Shown here: positions 59,961-64,000 of the stretch, in pieces
How the letters are laid out: the number at the start of each line of letters is the position of its first letter
Position numbering within the stretch: position 1 is the first letter of the stretch
Assembly (NCBI GenBank): GCA_046052125.1
Contig: JBJOMY010000001.1
Coordinates: forward strand, 320,001-384,000
Length of the DNA: 64,000 bases
From: Cyanobacteriota bacterium
GTDB lineage: Bacteria; Cyanobacteriota; Cyanobacteriia; PCC-6307; Cyanobiaceae
Direction of reading: 5' to 3'
Made by a program: the position numbers and the translations under genes
The notes under the pieces: generated by a model
Database searches by the model: none
Told to the model about the DNA's origin: nothing
What the model saw: the letters and a program-made list of their open reading frames with translations, nothing else

Positions 59961-61601
59961 GTGCGCGGCAGAGTGCACCCGCTTGAGCACGTGCCTGAGG
60001 CCAAGGCCGCACCCCAACTGCTGATCCTGGCCGAACCGCTCCTGCGCGAAGGGCTGTTCAGGCTGCTCGAGCCCAACCTCAAACTGGCAACCACCAGAGA
60101 AGAGCTCTGCGGCAGCGTTGAGCTGGTGATCTGGAGCAGCAGCGCTGATCTGCCCTTCAGCAGCCTGCAGCGTGAATTGGAGCAGCTGCAGGAGCGCTGG
60201 CAGCCAGCACCCGTGCTGCTGCTTCTCCCCGGCCAAACCCCTTACAGCAGTGAAGACCTGCTGCGCCTGCGCTGCGAGGGCCTGCTGCAGCAAGCCGATC
60301 CCCAGGAGATTCCGGCCGCGGTCACCACGCTGCTGGCTGGTGGTCGGGTGGTGGAGCTGCGCCCCCTGGCGGCGAGCACACCCGCGCCGGAGCCGATCGG
60401 GTTCGGTGCTTGGTTGCTGCGCAGTGGCCTCAGCCAGATCCAGGCCGAACAGCAGCGCTGCCGGCACTGGCTCGAGCACTGCGGTGGTGGTCTGAGCCGG
60501 CTGTTGCTCTTGGGCCGGCTGCGAGAACTGGCCGTCGCTCGGCGCCTTCTGCTCTGGCTCTGGGGCCCGATCAGCATGGCGTTCCCAGAGCCGAGCCAGC
60601 CACAAGCCGGTGGTTCCGCTGAAACACCTCCAGGTGTGGCAATCACCCTGCGCCAGCGCACAGCCGAGGCCGTTTGGCAGACCATTCAGCAACGGCTCAC
60701 GGCAGCCATTGCAGCGGGCGTGTCCAATCAGAGTGGACAGCTCCTCGCCCTCGAGGGGCTCACGGAAGAGCACCGCCGGGATTTGCTCGAGGCACTGATC
60801 AGCCAGCTCGATCTGCTGGTCACCCGCATGCGGCATGAGCAACTCCGCGGCGATGAGCTCGAGCAGCGTTGGTTGCAGCAACAACCGGAACTTCGCCGCC
60901 TCTCCCTGCGGGCCATGGCCGGTGACTATGTGCAGCTGCCGCAGCAGGGTGGACTGCTGCCAGTGGCGGCCAGCCTGATCGAAGCCAGTGAGCTCGGCGG
61001 CCTCGACCCCGATCTGCCCCTGGCTCAACCGATGTTGGCGGCCCTGGTGCAGGCGCAGCCGCTGCTGGTGGAGGGGCGGCTGCTGGCCCCCGATGAACCC
61101 CAGGCGCTGCTGCATCTGGAGTTGTTGATCAGCAATTGGTTGATCCGCAGCGCAGAACTGATCAGCGCCGAAATCCTCAGCTGCTGCAGCAACTGGCCTG
61201 AGCTGCGCCGCTATCTGCTGCGGCCGGATCTGCTGGCCACCCGCAACCTCGAGCGTCTGCGCAACCAGCTCAACTCCCAACAGCGCTGGGGCAGCCTCTT
61301 CGAAAGGCCAGTGCAGCTCTACGAAAGCCGGCGGCTGCTCTACCGGCTCGAGGCTGGATCGATCACGCCACTGCTGCTCACCGAACCGCGGGATGCGGAG
61401 CTGCGTCAACTGAGCTGGAGTCAGCAGGTGATCACCCTGAGCCTTGAGGCTCGCGACGCCCTCGCACCGCAGCTGCAAAGCTTCTTCCGCAGGCTGGGCG
61501 ATCTGGTGGTGGTGGTGCTCACCCAGGTGATCGGCAGGGCCATCGGCCTGGTGGGACGCGGCATCCTCCAGGGCATGGGCCGCAGCATCAGCCGCGGCTG
61601 A
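59961..61601 (+). CDS. DUF3685 (Ycf55-like) protein
   Basis: Degenerate receiver-like N-terminus; TRNLERLRNQL...FERP..LYESR...LEARDALAP...LT.VIGRAIGLVGRGI.QGMG. Confidence 0.85.
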   Translation: MRGRVHPLEHVPEAKAAPQLLILAEPLLREGLFRLLEPNLKLATTREELCGSVELVIWSSSADLPFSSLQRELEQLQERWQPAPVLLLLPGQTPYSSEDLLRLRCEGLLQQADPQEIPAAVTTLLAGGRVVELRPLAASTPAPEPIGFGAWLLRSGLSQIQAEQQRCRHWLEHCGGGLSRLLLLGRLRELAVARRLLLWLWGPISMAFPEPSQPQAGGSAETPPGVAITLRQRTAEAVWQTIQQRLTAAIAAGVSNQSGQLLALEGLTEEHRRDLLEALISQLDLLVTRMRHEQLRGDELEQRWLQQQPELRRLSLRAMAGDYVQLPQQGGLLPVAASLIEASELGGLDPDLPLAQPMLAALVQAQPLLVEGRLLAPDEPQALLHLELLISNWLIRSAELISAEILSCCSNWPELRRYLLRPDLLATRNLERLRNQLNSQQRWGSLFERPVQLYESRRLLYRLEAGSITPLLLTEPRDAELRQLSWSQQVITLSLEARDALAPQLQSFFRRLGDLVVVVLTQVIGRAIGLVGRGILQGMGRSISRG

Positions 61602-61665
61602 AGCCAGCTCCCCTCCCTGATTCGACAGCGCTGCGGGCCACAATGGCCGCAGCCTTTTCGTCGTC

Positions 61666-62238
61666 TTGATGCCCGGCCTCCTGGCCCGGTTGCTGAACAC
61701 CCTGGCAGCCCTGGTCCTCTCCGCACTGCTGGCGCTTGGCCTGGCACCAGGTGCAGCCATCGCTGCCCGCGACACCAACAGCTACGACGGCAACATCTAC
61801 GCCCTCTACGCCGGCAACGGCTCGCTGGTGCCGCCCCGCAGCACCCTCGCCGATGCCATGGCGGAGCACCGCCCAATCGTGCTGGGCTACTTCCTCGATG
61901 ACAGCGCCGCCAGCAAGCAATACGCGGTGGTGTTCAACGAATTGCAGCGCCTCTGGGGCCGCAGCGTGGAGCTAATCCTGCTCTCCACCGACCCGCTCCA
62001 GAACCGCGACACCCACGGCCCCACCGATCCCGCCACCTATTGGAAAGGCGTGATTCCTCAGGTGGTGGTGTTCAACACCGAGGGCAAACCGGTGCTCGAT
62101 GAAGCTGGCCCCGTGAGCATCGATGCCATCAATGCCGCCCTCACCGAGGTGACAGGCCTCAAGCCCCAGGGCGACGTGAAGCTCAGCCTCAGCCGCGAGG
62201 TGAACGAACTCAACAGCGAGATCGTGGCCTCCCGATGA
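61666..62238 (+). CDS. Thioredoxin-like thylakoid protein (PSI accumulation factor type)
   Basis: [25 protein letters not shown]; lacks CxxC. Confidence 0.78.
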   Translation: MMPGLLARLLNTLAALVLSALLALGLAPGAAIAARDTNSYDGNIYALYAGNGSLVPPRSTLADAMAEHRPIVLGYFLDDSAASKQYAVVFNELQRLWGRSVELILLSTDPLQNRDTHGPTDPATYWKGVIPQVVVFNTEGKPVLDEAGPVSIDAINAALTEVTGLKPQGDVKLSLSREVNELNSEIVASR

Positions 62239-63611
62239 GCACCCGCCAGGAAACCGACAGCATGGGCGCCATTGCGGTGCCCGCCGAGCACTACTGGGGC
62301 GCCCAGACCCAGCGCTCGATCACCAACTTCCCCTTCGGCCAGCGCATGCCGCTGGCGATCGTGCACGCCTTCGGCCAGCTCAAGGCGGCCTGCGCCGAAG
62401 CCAACCGCGATCTCGGCAAGCTCGATGCCGATCTCTGCGCGGCGATCGTGGCCGCAGCGGAGCAGGTGGCCCGCGGCGAGCTGGATGGGGAGTTCCCGCT
62501 GAAGGTGTGGCAGACGGGCTCTGGCACCCAGAGCAACATGAATGCCAACGAGGTGATCGCCAACCGTGCGATCGAAGCCCTCGGTGGGGAGCTGGGCAGC
62601 AAGAGCCCCGTGCATCCCAACGATCATGTGAATCTCAGCCAATCGAGTAACGACACCTTCCCGGCGGCGATGCACATCGCCGTGGTGCTGGAGCTGGAAA
62701 CCACACTGCTCCCAGCGGTAGAGCAGCTGGCAGCTGCGCTGCAGGCCAAAGCCACCAGCTATGCGGGTCTGGTGAAGATCGGCCGCACCCACCTGCAGGA
62801 TGCGGTGCCGCTGAGCCTCGGCCAGGAGTTTGGCGGCTACGTGGCCCAGCTGCAGCTGGCCCTGGAGGCGATCCGCCTCAGCCTGCCGCGGGTGCGCGAG
62901 CTGGCGATCGGCGGCACGGCCGTGGGCACTGGGCTCAATGCGCCCAAAGGCTTCGGCGAGGCGGTCGCCGCCCGGCTGAGCGAACGGCTCGGCACCGCCT
63001 TCAGCAGCGCTCCCAACAAATTCCAGGCCCTGGCCGGCCATGAGGCGCTGGCCTCAGCCCACGGCGCCCTCACGGTGCTGGCCGGCAGCCTGATGAAGAT
63101 CGCCAACGACATCCGCTGGCTGGGCAGCGGCCCCCGCTGCGGCCTCGGCGAACTGGTGCTCCCCGAAAACGAGCCCGGCAGCTCGATCATGCCGGGCAAG
63201 GTGAACCCCACCCAGTGCGAGAGCCTCACGATGGTGGCCGTGCAGGTGATGGGCAACAACACCGCCGTGCAGATGGGGGCCAGCCAGGGCAACTTCGAGC
63301 TGAACGTGTTCAAGCCCCTGATCGCCCACAACGTGCTCGAGAGCATCGAGCTCCTGGCCGGCGCCTGCAGCAGTTTCCGCGAGCACTGCATCGAGGGCCT
63401 GCGCGCCAACGAACAGCGGATCGAGCGCTTGCTCAATCAGAGCCTGATGCTGGTCACCGCCCTCACCCCTGCCATCGGCTACGACCGCGCCAGCGGCATC
63501 GCCAAGCACGCCCACAAACATGGTCTCAGCCTGCGGGAAGCGGCGCTGGTGCTCGGGGAGATCAGCGGCGAGGAGTTTGACCAGTGGGTGCGGCCCGAGC
63601 GGATGGTCTGA
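62235..63611 (+). CDS. fumC: Class II fumarate hydratase
   Basis: [43 protein letters not shown]. Confidence 0.98.
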   Translation: MSTRQETDSMGAIAVPAEHYWGAQTQRSITNFPFGQRMPLAIVHAFGQLKAACAEANRDLGKLDADLCAAIVAAAEQVARGELDGEFPLKVWQTGSGTQSNMNANEVIANRAIEALGGELGSKSPVHPNDHVNLSQSSNDTFPAAMHIAVVLELETTLLPAVEQLAAALQAKATSYAGLVKIGRTHLQDAVPLSLGQEFGGYVAQLQLALEAIRLSLPRVRELAIGGTAVGTGLNAPKGFGEAVAARLSERLGTAFSSAPNKFQALAGHEALASAHGALTVLAGSLMKIANDIRWLGSGPRCGLGELVLPENEPGSSIMPGKVNPTQCESLTMVAVQVMGNNTAVQMGASQGNFELNVFKPLIAHNVLESIELLAGACSSFREHCIEGLRANEQRIERLLNQSLMLVTALTPAIGYDRASGIAKHAHKHGLSLREAALVLGEISGEEFDQWVRPERMV

Positions 63612-63629
63612 GCCGCTGCAGCTCACCCC

Positions 63630-64000
63630 CTAGAGCAGGTTCGCCGCCAGCTCCGCCAGTTCGCTGCGCTCACCGCGGATCAGGGTCACGTGGCCGGCCA
63701 ACTGCTGACCCTTAAAACGCTCCACCAGCCAGGTGAGACCGTTGCTCTCGGCATCCACATAGGGATTGTCGATCTGATACGGGTCGCCGGTGAACACGAT
63801 CTTGGTGCCTTCACCCACCCGAGTCACGATCGTTTTCACCTCGTGGGGTGTGAGGTTCTGAGCCTCATCCACCACCATGAACTGCCGCGGAATCGAGCGG
63901 CCGCGGATGTAGCTGATCGCCTCCACCTCCAGCAGACCCATGCCTTTGAGGTCGGTCCAGTTGCTGCGGTTGCCGCGCTGGGCACCGGGACGGCCTGCCG
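63630..64000 (-). CDS. PhoH family ATPase (5' part outside the window)
   Basis: [41 protein letters not shown]. Confidence 0.9.
   Translation of the reverse strand, partial: AGRPGAQRGNRSNWTDLKGMGLLEVEAISYIRGRSIPRQFMVVDEAQNLTPHEVKTIVTRVGEGTKIVFTGDPYQIDNPYVDAESNGLTWLVERFKGQQLAGHVTLIRGERSELAELAANLL

Overview
High-GC picocyanobacterial chromosome segment (Synechococcus/Cyanobium-like, judged from petN, psb29, ftsH2, cofH, cyanobacterial 6S RNA and typical picocyanobacterial small genes). About 1-33.5 kb and 53-64 kb are mostly housekeeping genes: ilvA, scpB, pyk, ftsH2, clpP, psb29, cofH, petN, clpS, purK with 6S RNA, recQ, aroB, nadA, a class I aldolase, a ligase-associated exonuclease/ligase/Lhr-core helicase operon, GST, pdeM, hisA, a Fur-family gene, fumC and a PhoH-family gene. 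About 33.9-50.9 kb is an accessory-like mosaic of short genes, stress genes (exported Mn-SOD, katG) and decayed or chimeric genes. I saw no tRNA, rRNA, CRISPR array, integrase or transposase. Best leads: an NblA-like microprotein with an HLR1-like half-site; a COG4337/iota-carbonic-anhydrase-like gene next to a LexA-like box; an in-frame Trp-rich (TIGR02450-like)::HisA fusion behind a Coq4-like gene; a candidate structured sRNA at about 47.4-47.5 kb; and a four-component ligase/Lhr/nuclease repair system whose fourth gene lies 20 kb from the other three. All family calls come from recognising motifs by eye; no searches were run.
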